In this document: positions 1 to 11,938 of the stretch, piece after piece
How the letters are laid out: every line of letters starts with the position of its first letter
How positions within the stretch are numbered: position 1 is the first letter of the stretch
From: Parvularia atlantis
Lineage: Eukaryota
Reading direction: 5' to 3'
Assembly: GCA_943704415.1 (NCBI GenBank)
Contig: CALSCO010000636.1
Span: 1-34,488, forward strand
Length of the DNA stretch: 34,488 nt
Made by a program: the position numbers and the translations under genes
Notes under the pieces: model-generated
Database searches by the model: none
Told to the model about the DNA's origin: nothing
Seen by the model: the letters and a program-made list of their open reading frames with translations, nothing else

Positions 1-30
1 GCCGTGCTGACGTACGCCACCCGCGCGCAG

Positions 31-1648
31 CGCGTACGAGGTGCTCTCGGACCAGAAGAAGCGCGACATCTACGACGAGTACGGTGAGAAGGGTGCGCGT
101 ACGTGCAATCGCTCGTGACGGCATGGCTGACGCACGCACGCGGCGCCAGGGTTGTCTGGGGAGGGCGGCATGCCCGGGGGCGCCGACCTCTTCGAGCACC
201 TGTTCGGCGGCGCATTCGGCTTTGGCGGTGGCCGCGGAGGCCCGCCGCGCGAGCGCCGTGGCAAGGACGTCGTGCACCAGCTCAAGGTGCCGCGCCGCAC
301 TAGCTGCCGTTGCCGTGCGTGCTGACCGTAGCTGGCACGCACGCGCGCACGCAGGTCACGCTCAACGACATGTACAAGGGCAAGTCGACCAAGCTCTCGC
401 TGCAGAAGCAGGTGCTGTGCCCCGACTGCGACGGCCAGGGCGGCAAGAAGGGCTCGGTCAAGTGCGTCTTTCGCTGTGCAGATCACGCGCACGCGCACCC
501 TGTCGCTAACGCCGGCGCCGGCGCCAGGCCGTGCCGCGCGTGTGATGGCCACGGCGTGACGATCCAGCTGCGCCAGATTGGCCCGGGCATGGTGCAGCAG
601 GTGCAGGCGGTTTGCAACGAGTGCCGCGGCGACGGCGAGATCATCGACCCGAAGGTGTGCGCCTTGCGCCTCGCATGCCGCGGTGCCCGTGCTCACCCCG
701 CGCGTGCGCGCAGGACCGCTGCAAGACGTGCAAGGGCCGCAAGGTCTCGCAGGAGAAGAAGGTGCTTGAGGTGCACATCGACAAGGGCATGCAGGACGGG
801 CAGAAGATTACGTTCTCGGGCGAGGTGCGGCAGCTCGCGCGCATCGTGTGTGCGCACAGAGCTCTGACGCCGTCCGTGCACGTGGCTGCAGGGCGACCAG
901 ACGCCCGGGGTCACGCCCGGCGACGTCGTGATCGTGCTCGACGAGAAGCCGCACGGTGCGTGCGCCAGCCGCGATGCCGACGCGCGCTCATGCCGGCATC
1001 GGCGCGACAGAGATGTTCAAGCGCAAGGGCGCAGACCTGTTCATGCAGACCAAGATCGACCTCGCGACGGCGCTGTGCGGCGGCGTGTTCTACATCACGC
1101 ACCTGGACGACCGCGTGCTCAAGTGCACGGTTAAGCCGGGCGAGGTGGTCAAGCCGGGTGCGTGTGTGCGCCCCGGGGCTGCCGCACTGTGCCTGACCGC
1201 CCCGCCGGCGCGCCGCAGACGACACCAAGGTGATCTACAACGAGGGCATGCCGCAGTATAAGCGGCCGTTCGACAAGGGCAACCTGTACATCTCGTTTGA
1301 GATCGAGTTCCCCAAGAACAACTGGATCGAGACGCACAAGCTCGCGCTGCTCGAGAAGGCACGTCCAGCGCGGCCAGGTCGTGCCGCACACGCGACTGCT
1401 GACACGCCCTTGCCTTGCCACGACCCGCAGATGCTCCCGCCCCGGTCCACGATGGACATCAGCGGCGACCACGTAGAGGACGCGACGATGGCCGACGTTG
1501 ACGCCGCGCACGAGCACGCCAACGCCGGTGCGCCGCCGCTCGGCATGGCGCCGCTCGCCGCTGACGCCGCCCCGTGCGCGCAGCCAACGGCGCATACCAG
1601 GAGGAGGAGGAGGACCACAGGCCCGGCGTCGCGTGCGCCCAGCAGTGA
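31..1648 (+). CDS. DNAJA: Class A J-domain protein (DnaJA/Ydj1-like Hsp40), 5'-partial, multi-exon
   Basis: Spliced exons give [21 protein letters not shown], a G/F-rich linker, four zinc-finger repeats ([32 protein letters not shown]), [43 protein letters not shown] and a C-terminal CaaX CAQQ*. Stop at 1646-1648. Confidence 0.95.
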
Positions 1649-1787
1649 GCTGGGTCGGGAGCAGGCTGGCGAGGACAGAAGGGGGAGCTGTTGCATGTGT
1701 TGTCTTCTGCGCTCATCTGTCAAACCGCGCGCCGCCGCCGACGGCGTCTCACTGCTATCACTCAACCAATGAATGTGCGCCGCCCTG

Positions 1788-2818
1788 TCAGAGCTCGTCG
1801 CGCAAGCACTCCGTCTCGTCGGCGCTGAAGCGGAAGCCCTCGGGGCACTCGCACGCGAAGCTGCCCAGCTCGTTGACGCAGCGGCGGTCGGGCGCGCACG
1901 CCGGCGGGTCACGGTCGGCGCGGCACTCGTCCACGTCGACGCACGCGGCGCCCACGCGCTCAAAGCCGTCCTCGCACGTCTCACAGCGCGCGCCGCCGTA
2001 GCCCTCGTCGCAGTCGCATCGCCCCGTGCCTGCCGCATGCCGCGCAATGAGCCACACGCCGCGCGCTGCACGAGCAGACGCACCGGCGCGCGATCCTTCG
2101 CCGTCGCACGTGCCGCGGCCGCCGCAGACGACGCCGCTGGCGTCGCGCGGGCACCTGCTGCACTTGGGTCCGTATCTCCCGGGCTTGCAGCAGGCCTGTG
2201 TAGCCGTGTGAGTGCATGGCCGACGATGCAGCGCGTATCGCAGCCGCGCCTGCAACGCCTTACTGCACGCGAGCTCCTGCAGGTCAGTGCTGTCGCGGTC
2301 GTCGCTGTAGTACCAATCCTCGATCGTCTGCTCGATCTGCGCAAAGACGTCGTTGCAGCGCTTGTCCTGCGCGCGTGCGTCAGCCGACGCCGCGATCGGC
2401 CGCGATCGGCCCCACGCCTTGCGATCGCACAGGCCCTCGACGATCTCAACCAGGCGGACCTCGCTGCGGCTCCACGTGCGCAGCCGGCGCTCCTCCCAGT
2501 CGGTGTTGCCGCCGCCCGCGTTGCCGTTCTTGGTCGTCTCCATGTTCTACCGCAGTGCCCGTCAGCCGTGCGCGTCCGGCACCCGCGCACACGGCACGCG
2601 CGCACCGTGCGGAACATCGCCACGAGGCGCTCGCAGGACGCGCACCGAGCCTGCACGCGCTGCGTCGGTGACAACCCGACGTCGCTGTCGGCCTCGCCAT
2701 CGCCCGCGTCGAACCCGCGCGCCACGTCCGGCCAGCGGAAGTCGCCCGCCGCCGCCGCCGCCGCCGCCGCCACCGCGAGCGCGAGCGCGAGCGCGAGCGC
2801 GACCAGCACGTTCCGCAT
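1788..2818 (-). CDS. CRELD2: CRELD-family protein (cysteine-rich with EGF-like domains, CRELD2-like, ER-luminal)
   Basis: Signal peptide [18 protein letters not shown] domain with RCASC and GGGNTDWEERRL..SEVRLVEIVEGLC. Then CCKPGRYGPKC, CGGRGTCDGEGSRAGTGRCDCDEGYGG, calcium-binding EGF CVDVDEC..CVNELGSFACEC, and C-terminal RDEL*. 4 introns. Confidence 0.88.
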
Positions 2819-2849
2819 GAGCGCTGTCACACAATCGAGCGTCGAGCCG

Positions 2850-3358
2850 ATGGACAACGAGGTTGTATCGGCCGTGGCCGCCGTCGACGAGGCGCTGGCG
2901 CTGGTCGAGCGCGCGCAGGCGATGCAGACGCGCGTGTCGCGCGGGATGTGCGTGGGCGTGGACGATCGATCTTTGCGTGGACATGCGCTCACGACGGCCG
3001 CCCGCAGCGCCGGCGCATACGAGACGCCGTACACGACCGTGCAGATGCGCGACGATGTCGACGCAGTCGCGGCGGCGCTGGACGAGCTCGCGCGGCACCT
3101 CAACACGGCCGGGCTGAGCGCGCTCGACAAGCAGATGGTGTGTGCGCGCGCGCGCGCGTTGTGGGTGCCGTTGCGAAGGTGCTCAGATGCGAGCGCGCGC
3201 CACAGCTCACACAGCAGCTGCCCGGCGTAATCGAGGCGAGCAAGCAGCGCACGACGAGCATGCGCGAGGAGATCGCGCGCCTGAGCGACAACTGCGCGAT
3301 GGCCGTCGCGTCGCTGCCGCCGCTGCCGCCAGCGACCGGCGATCGGCCTGCTCGGTGA
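2850..3358 (+). CDS. Small hypothetical helical/coiled-coil protein (~130 aa, 2 introns)
   Basis: ATG at 2850 (alternative in-frame ATG at 2817). Exons with coding-like codon use (MDNEVVSAVAAVDEALALVERAQAM..., ..DDVDAVAAALDELARHL.., ..SMREEIARLSDNCAMAVASL..) are separated by GT..CTCAC..CAG introns. Stop at 3356-3358. Family not recognised. Confidence 0.6.
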
Positions 3359-3446
3359 ACATTCTGCACAGTCTCTCTCTGTTGGCACACAAAAGCATGC
3401 AAAAAAGCAAGGAAGCGCGCAACGCGCAAAATGAAGCCAGTTCAGT

Positions 3447-6400
3447 TCACATGGCCGAGAGCGGGTTGACCGTCGCCTCGGACAGGATCAGGTCAGCGAA
3501 GAACGGGTCCTGCACAAGCTGGCCCATTGTCGCGTACCCCAGCACGCGCCCCGCAAACTCGCGCATCGCCCGCCGCTCCATCGTGGGCATCTTGCGGGCT
3601 GCGAGTGCGCGTCAGGGGTAGCGGGTGCAAGTCGGCGGCGTGCGTGCACCCATCGTCGGCGCAGCGCTGATCGCCTTGTGCGACGCCGCGCGGCGCATCG
3701 GCCGCACGGACCCCGACTGCGGAGCGTCGACGCTGGCTGGCTGCGCAGCGGGCAGCGGGGTCAACCGTGCACTACGCGCCACGCGCCACGCGCACCATCG
3801 TCACGGCCGCATCGTACTGCACGCGCGTCATGAGCTTGTCGACGAGGTAGTGCATCCAGTAGACGTTGGTGCGCGGGCAGTGGCGCGACCAGATGCCATC
3901 CGTCTCCTTGCGCATCATGCGGTAGATGTCGAACTGGTAGTCGCCTGCTCGTGCGCGCGGGCGCGCGTCAGCCACCGGCCACGCTCGGGCGCGGACGCGC
4001 ACCCTTGCCGGTGAAGAACGCCTCGTCCGACATCTCCACGCACAGCAGCTCGCCGTCTGCCCGCACGCTGCTGCTCAGCCACGCCCACGCGCAGCGAGCC
4101 GTCCACGCACCGCACTGCAGCCGCGACAGCGTGTAGTCGATGATCGTCGCGCACACGCCCGCGGTGCGCACCGACATCAGTCGCCCGTTGACCTAAGCAA
4201 GCACGCGCGCGCGCGTGTCATCTGCCGCGCCGCCGCTGCTGTGCCTGCACCCGAGCGCACCATGTACGTGAACTGCTCGGCCGTCGTCGGCTTGACCAAA
4301 ATGTTGCCCCAGTGCAGGTCGCGGTGCTCGAAGCAGAAGCGCTGCGTTCGCGTGCGTGTGAGAATGGCGTGCTCGACGCGGTGCCGCGATGCGCACCTTC
4401 TCCGCGATCGCCAGTGACAGCGCCACCTGCAGCAGCGCGCTCTTGGCCCCGAGGAAGGACGGCAGGGTCGCGTGCTCCAGGTCCTTGCCGCCGTTGGCGA
4501 GCACGAGCACGGCGTAGAGCTGCTCAGCGGGGAAGACGTCTGCGACGCGCATACCGTCAGCAAGTCGGTGTCCGCTCATGCAGCACGCACCCGGCCGGTC
4601 GTTCTCGGACTTTTTCCGCCCCGCGTACGCGTCCCACTCGTCCAGCAGCTTCTGCGGGTACCTGCCGCGGCAGATGCCCATGCTAGCGCGCACCGTGAGC
4701 CTGCGTGCGGCACGGCGGCCCTCCGCACGCACGCACCTGTAGCCGTGCACAAAGTGCGTCCGCCGCACGTCCTCCTGCGACGCACCCGACGAGTCGCTCA
4801 GGATCTGCGTGATGCGCAGCTCCTGGTACACTGCACGCGGCCGCGGTCAGCCGTGAGGCACGCACATGCGCGCGCGAGAGCACCGTCGTCCATCTTGGTC
4901 TGCGGGAAGCCGTTGACCGGCGTGGCGCCGCCAAAAGGCAGGATCTTGATCGCGACGGGCGCGCCGTCGTACACGGACTTGAACACCTCGGCGAACGTGC
5001 TCTCGCCGAGCTTGGTCGCCGTGTCCATGCACGCCTGACCGAGGAACGTCTCAATCGAGCAGATGAACTCCTGGGTGCAGATGCGCAGCAGGTCGTCCAC
5101 GCACAGCGGCTTGGCCTGCGGACGTGCGCGGCGGTCAGACGATCCACCGTACGCGTGCCGCACGCCCGCACATCTTGCAAGAACGCCGGCGAGCCCGGCT
5201 CAGGCATGTCCGAGGCGCGCATGGCCGCACTGCCGGGCGGCATCATGTCGCCCGTCTCGTCCTGCTCGGCGAGGTCGAGGCTCTCGATCCACGACAGCAC
5301 CTGCGCGCGACGAGGCGGCGGTCAGCGGCGCGCATGCACAGGGCGCGCGCGTGCTGCCAGTGCGAGCCTTCTGGATCTTGGGGTCATCCACGGCGTGCTT
5401 CTTGAGCATCGACAGGCGCCGCGGGCGCGCCATGGGCGAGAGCTGCACGTTGGCCGCGTCGCCTGCCTTGACCGAGCGCTTCTTGTGGTGCACGACCTCG
5501 TTCATGCGCATGGGTGCGACCTCGTCGGCGTCCTCCCTGGCCGCGTCGGCGTCCGCCGCGGGGCTGCTGCTTGCGCTGCTGCTGCCGGGCGCGCGCAGGG
5601 GCGAGGCCTCGGGCTCGTCGGGCGTGGTCAGCGCGGGCGAGTTGTCCTGCGCGACCGCGGGCGACCTGCGCCGCGACGATAAAAAGACAGCACGGCCCTG
5701 GCACGGCAGCGCACTTGCTCGCGGCCTTGCCCTTGGCGCGGCGACGGCTCGGCGGCGATTTCTTCGGCGGCAGCGGGGGCGCGTCGTCCTGCTGCTGCTC
5801 GGCGGGCGCGACGGCAGCGGACGCAGCGGCCTTGCGGCGCGGCGGGGGCGTGGGCAGCTTCATGGAAGCGCGCGAGGGGCGATCGAGCCGCCCGGTCGAC
5901 GCGCTGCGACATGTCAGCGCAGCGGTGCGCAGGCTCATACGCGCACACACCTCCGTCCGAGCGCGGCCGCGCGGCCCGGCGAGACGGCGTCCGCGCCCGT
6001 GGTCAGCGGCGCGCTCGCGGCCGGTTGCTCGTCGCTGCGTGGCGTGATGGGCGGCGTCGTCTCGTTCGGGTCACTCGCGAGGATCTCGGTGAACGAGTAC
6101 AGCTTGGAGCGGCGCTGCTGCTCCTGCTGCGACTGCAACTGCAGTTGCGGCTGGTCCTGCGCCCGATGTACGGGCTGCTCCTATCGCGCGCGCGTGGTGT
6201 CAGCAGGCGGGCGGATGTGTACTCAGCGCATCGCGAACCGTTGCTGCGGCCTGCGCCGCTTGGGGCTCCTTGACCGGGTGCGTGCGCCGGCCGCCCATCT
6301 GCTTGGGGTGTGACGCGCTGTCAGCCTCCCGTTGACGCTTTTGCGACGGGCGCGACGGCCACCTGCTCCTCCTCCGCCTCGTCGATGGGCGCGAGCGCAG

Positions 6401-6981
6401 TCGCGGGCGTTGCCTTGGCGCGCGGCCTCCCGGACGCGGTCTTCTTGCGCGGGCTGGCCGTGCGCCTGCGCGGAAACGTGCGCGCGCGTCAGATGCGGCG
6501 CGGCGTGCAGCGGGGCGGTTGCGGGGCGAGCCTCGGGTCGCTGCCGACGTTCTCCTTATCGACGCGCACGACGCTCTTCACCGCGCCGGGTGAGGGCAGC
6601 TTGTCGCCGTCGCCGTCGCCGTCGCCGTCGGCGGTCGCGAGGGTCGTGGGCGTGTCGGCGAACTCGCGGGCCGCGTGGCTGCTAGCGGTGTGCGAGGCCT
6701 CGTCGGGCTCGTGCGGTTTGTGCGCGCCAGTCTGGGCGCGGTCGCTGGTTGGCGCGCCGTCGCGGGTCGCACGCCACCCGCGCGACGCCGCGCACCGCGT
6801 CCTCGTCGAGCCAGTCAGGCCGCACGACCACGCGCGACGCTGTCTTGCGGCCGTACGTGACAACTGCCGCCACGGCCGCGAAGGGGGGAGCGTTACGCCA
6901 CCGCGTGCCTGTGCGCCGTGCACGGCGAGCGCGCAACGCACCGGTCCGGCCCACGCCGCTGATGGTCGACCAGAGGCCCAT
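3447..6981 (-). CDS. HASPIN: Haspin (histone H3T3) kinase, multi-exon, long disordered N-terminus
   Basis: KLGESTFAEVF, VAIKILP, DEWDAY..SENDRP, FEHRDLHWGNILV, IIDYTLSRL (DYT replaces DFG), FFTGKGDYQFDIYRMMR and PRTNVYWMHYL. N-terminal TYGRK motif. Start at 6981 is inferred; stop at 3447-3449. Confidence 0.93.
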
Positions 6982-7077
6982 GTCGCCGGCGGCGTCTGCG
7001 CGGCGGCGCGGCGTGAGGTTGACGTGTGTGGCGGGCCGTGCGTGGCGGGCCGTGCGTAGCGAGCGCAAGGAGGGACG

Positions 7078-7091
<14 letters not shown>

Positions 7092-7122
<31 letters not shown>
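7092..7122. repeat. (GA)15 microsatellite upstream of the haspin start
   Basis: Perfect GA dinucleotide run, preceded by a (CG)n run. Confidence 0.95.
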
Positions 7123-7124
<2 letters not shown>

Positions 7125-7421
7125 GGCGCAGAGGAATGTGAACGCGCCGACAGGTCGAGAACGTGGCCCGGCCTCCTTTTGCGCGGGCCACGCGGGCGCG
7201 ACGGGCGTGCGCACGCCCGCGATCGCGCTCACCGGGCCGGGCCACGTCGGCGCGACGCCGGCGCCGGGCCCCTTTCGTCGTCCCCCCCCGCGGCGCGGCG
7301 CGAGACGCGACCGAAGAGCGCGACAGCGAGCGGAATGCATTTGTAACGGTCGGGGCTTCGAGAACACCGGTGGAACGCGTGTTGCCGGCGCGAAAGCGGA
7401 GCGGCCCCGTTGCCATGCATA

Positions 7422-9603
7422 TCACGCGGCGACGCTGACGGCGCGCGGGCGGTGCGCCGCGTGCGGCGAGGGCAGCGGCGGCGGCACGGGCAGGGCCGCG
7501 GCGGGCGTCTTGAGCTTCGTCGGCAGGCCTGGTGCGGGCGCGGGTCCGTGAGCGGGCGGAGGGCCAGTGCGTGCCGCGCGTGAGACGCACCCAGCTGCTT
7601 CCAGACGGTCTGCAGCGACGCCACGAGGTGGTTCATCATTGCCGCCGTGTGCAGCGGGCCGGGCGTGAGGCGCAGGCGCTCCTGCACGCGCGGCCCGTGA
7701 GCACGCAGCCGGCACCCGGGCAGCGCGCGCGCACCTCGCCCTTGGGCACGGTCGGGTAGTTGATCGGCTGGACGTAGATGCCGTGCTCGGCCAGGAGCAT
7801 GTCCGACGCGCGCTTGCACAACTCGGCGTCGTACACCATCACGGGCACGATGTGCGACGGGTTGGGCAGCACCGGGATACCCGCGCGCGCCAGCCGCGCC
7901 TTGACCTGTGCGGCGGGCGGTCAGCACTGCTGCGTGCCGTTGCCACAACGCGCGCGCGCACCTCGGCCGCGTGCTGGTGCTGCAGCGTGCGCTCCGTCTG
8001 GCTGTCGTACAAGTGGCGCACCGAGGCAAGCGCGCCCGCCACGGTCGCCGGCGGCAGCGACGTCGTGAAGATGAAGCCCGGCGCGTACGAGCGGATGACG
8101 TCGACTGCGAAGCGGTGTGTGTCAGGCTGCAGTCCGCGCGCAGCCGTCCCCGCGCGCACCGAGGTTGGCGCTCGCCGCGATGTAGCCGCCGACATTGCCG
8201 TAGGCCTTGGCGAGCGTGCCGGTGATGATGTCGACGCGGTCCATCAGGCCCTCGCGCTCGGCCACGCCTGCGCCGTGCTCGCCGTACATGCCGACCGCGT
8301 GCACCTCGTCCAGGAAGGTGATCGCGCCGTACTCGTCGGCCAGATCGCAGATCTCCTTGATCGGCCCGACGCTGCCCGACATCGAGTAGACCGACTCAAA
8401 CGCGATCAGCTTGGGCGCGGCCGGGTCCGTCTCGCGCAAGAGCTGGCGCGGGCGTCAGCGGGGGGAAATATTCGCCCGCCTGCCCGCTCGCCGACGCACC
8501 TGCTCGAGGTGCGCAAAGTCGTTGTGGCGGAAGACCTTCTTTACCGCGCCCGAGTGGCGGATGCCCTGGATCATCGACGCGTGGTTGAGCGCGTCCGAGA
8601 AGATGACGCAGCCGGGCAGCTTGGAGCAGAGCGTCGAGAGCGTCGCGTCGTTGGCGACGAAGCACGACGAAAAAATGAGCGCGCGCTCCTTCTTGTGCAG
8701 CCGCGCCAGCTCGGCCTCGAGCGCCTGGTGCGGCACGATGTCAGCCACGGCCGCGTGGGGAGGTGCGCGGAGGTGCGCACCTCGTGCAGGCCCGCGTTGC
8801 CGGCGATGTTGCGCGTGCCGCCCGCGCCCGCGCCGTGCTTGTCCACGGCATCCTTCACCGCTGTCACGACGGCCGGGTGGCGGCTCATGCCCAGGTAGTC
8901 GTTGCTGCACCAGACGGTCACGTCGGCGCCATCGCCTGTCTTGGCCTTGGGGTACTCGGCGGCGACGCGGTTGATGTTGTTGAAGTAGCGGTAGCTCTTG
9001 TCGCGCTTCTTCTTGTCGATCTGCTCGGCGTAGAACGCGTCGTAGTTGAAGCGCGCGGCGCCGACCAGGGCCGAGACGGCTGCGAACGCATCAGCACGGA
9101 CGCGCGCTGCTCGTTTCTTCTTCGTGACGCACCGGACGCGGCCTGGCGCTCCTCGGGCGCGTACTTGGCGTTGTGTGCGGTCAGCGTGTGGACCATGCGG
9201 CGCGGCTGCTGGTGCGCGGCGGGGGCGGCGGGGGCGGCGATGACGGCCGTGACATGGGCCGGGCAGGCCGCGAGCGGCTTCGGCTCGGTCGACGGCTGCT
9301 GCTGCTGGGCGCGCTGCACCGCGTGGTACGGGCAGCGGGATACGGCCTGCGCGGCGTCCGGTCAGCTCGGCGGCGCACGATCCGCGGAGAGGCGCGCACC
9401 TCGCCTTCGGCCGCGGCCGCAGGAGCAGCAGCGGTCACGGGCGCCTCGGCCGTGCGGGCGACGGTCGACATGGCGCGGGCCATGACCGGGCAGCGGTGCG
9501 CCTGGGCCAGCAGGGCCGGCGGCGGGACGGGCGTGGCCGCGGCCGCCATCGTGCGGCTCACGAACGGGCACAGCTTCAGCGCGGCCTTGATCGCAGCGTC
9601 CAT
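7422..9603 (-). CDS. ALAS: 5-aminolevulinate synthase, mitochondrial precursor
   Basis: [94 protein letters not shown] (PLP lysine), FIFTTSLPP and [11 protein letters not shown]. The presequence carries CP motifs. Confidence 0.96.
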
Positions 9604-9822
9604 CTGCCGAACGGCACGTGCGTGTAAGTCAGGGATGTCGCTCTCTGATGAGCACGGGCGGGAGACGCGAGCGGGAGACACGTGCGGGGCAAGGCCACAC
9701 AATGCGCACACAGCGCGCACAGCGCAACGCGAGCAGGCCCAGTCGCATGCGGACGCTTCGAGGTCAAGGGGCCACAACAGACGTGGGACCGGAGCGGAAT
9801 GACAGCTGCTCGGCATACACAC

Positions 9823-11897
9823 TCACGCGGCCACCTTCTTCTTCTTCTTCTTGGGCGTCTCGGCTTCTGCTGCGTCCGCCGCCGCCGTCGCGGGTGCGCC
9901 GCCCTCGCTCTCGCCCTCGCCCTCGCCGGCGGTGCTCTTGCGCTTTTTCGACTTCTTGGCTGCGCGCGCACAGTGGAGACGATGCATGCGTGAGACGAGC
10001 GCACAGGCGAGCGACCGCGCAGCAGAGAGGCGGAAGCGGGTGCTCGCAAAGGGGAGGATCATAAATATTCAAATGAGATTTTTTTTTTTTGTGCTCGCAT
10101 CGCCCCCCCGAGCGCGCGCACGAGGCGCCGCGACTGGGGGCTAGATACGATAACTTGCCTAATCCTCTCCACCCCCCCAACGCGCGCGCATCCCGCGACC
10201 GCGCCGCGCACGTCCACGAGCCGCTCGCCACGGCCACCCGCACAGGCGCGCACCTTTGCCCGGCGTGCCGCCAGCGTCGCCCAGCTGCTGCATGACCTTC
10301 TGCATCACCTCGATGTTCTTGGACGGCGCCTGGCCCGTCTCGAAAAACTCGAGGCGCTCGTCGACCTGGCGGCGCGTGCCGCGTCAGTGTGCCGCGCGCA
10401 AGCACACGCGGTCTGCGCCGCACCTGCGCCTTGAGCGCCTCGCCAAACTTGGTCGTCGGCGTCTCCGAAAAGCAGTCGATGCGCGATGCGATCGAGCACT
10501 TGTTGGCCAGGTACCGCGAGATCCGCCCCTTGTTCTTCGCGCCGGCCCGCCCGATGAACGACGAGTGGAAGATCAGGCCGTACTTGGGCGTGTTGCCCTT
10601 CGTCTTAAGCGCACTGCGGACGGGCGCACGACGGCGTCAGCGGTCGCGTGTGTCGGGAGCAGCTCGCGTGTGCGCGCACCGGAACAGCGCCTTCTCGGCG
10701 CCGAGGATCTGCACGGTCGATGCGGGGTACTTGGACAGGTTCGTGAGCGAGCCCGCGTGCGAGATGAGCCTGCGGGGCACCACGCGCCGCTCAGCGCCGT
10801 GACGCGTGCATGTGCGCAGGCCGCACCGCGCGCCGACGATCTCGCCGATGAGCGTCGACAGGTTGGGCGCGACCGCGTGCATCTTGTCCTGCAGGTAGAC
10901 GTGCAGGCGCTTGCGGTACTCGGACAGGTCGATCACGCGCGTCGCAAAGTTCTCGATGTTGATCATGTCGACGTCGGAGATGTCCGTGCCTGCGCGCGTC
11001 GTCAGCGGCCACGACACGCCGACAGCACGCGCCGCGCACCCATCGACGAGCGCGCGGCGTCGAGGATCTGACGCGCCTTGCCCTCATCCATGGTCAGCTC
11101 CTCGAGCGCGGGCAGGTGCTCCTGAGCACCGCGGCGTCAGATTCGCTCTGCGTGGCATGCCCAGCCGGCCGCGCGTGCCTCGCTCAGCTGGCCCTTGTTC
11201 TTGATCAGCTTGGCCGCGCGCGCGTACGTATAGTTGTCGTTGACGATCTTGACCAGCTCTGGGAAGTGCCACCCGTACCACTCGCTGCGCGTGCGCACGT
11301 GTGCGTCAGCACGGGACGGCTGCGTGTCCGCAAGGGTGTCGCGTGACCGCACCGCACGCGCATCGCGAACGTGTTCAGGTCCTTGTCGAGCTGGTCGAGC
11401 AGCGCGATCGACTGGATGATCATGTTGTCCGAGCGGTTCACATTGAACTTGATCTGACGTGCACACACAAGACGCATAAGTACCCGCACGCACCCGCAGA
11501 CAGAACGCGCCCCCACACGGCACCTTGGCGCGCGAGTACGAGTGCCCGAGGCCGAGCTGCGCCTTCTCGAGGTCGCCCGGCTTGAACTGCTTGATGAACT
11601 TGTCAAAGTGCAGGCGGATGCCGCGGAGCAGCTCCTCGGTCAGGTCATTGGACGCGCACGGGAAGCCTGGTGCGCGCGCGACGCGGCATCGGCACGCACG
11701 AACAAAGGGCAGCGCCGCACGCACCAGTCGCCTCAGTGATCGCGCCGCCCAGCTTGGGCTCCGACACGCCCAGCTGGTACTTGGGCTTCTTGCCGGGCTT
11801 GACCGCGGGCAGGTTGAGCTCGAGGAACTCCTTGAGGTGGTCGTTGACGATGCCTTTTGCGCGCGCGGGGAAAGGTGAGCGATAGAGCTCGGAAGGA

Positions 11898-11938
<41 letters not shown>

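Noticed and set aside
1235..3388. Long ORFs in the supplied track (717 aa here; also 24812-26569 and 30820-32430)
   Set aside because: They are Arg/Ala/Pro-rich products of stop-codon scarcity at high GC. They are antisense to real genes or read through introns.
9604..9822. Iron-responsive element upstream of ALAS
   Set aside because: No CAGUGN-loop hairpin is present on the sense strand.
10040..10099. Retroposon insertion with target-site duplication in the NOP56 intron
   Set aside because: The poly(A) lies at the 5' side of the insert rather than the 3' end, and the insert is only ~42 nt. Kept only as a detail of the intron finding.
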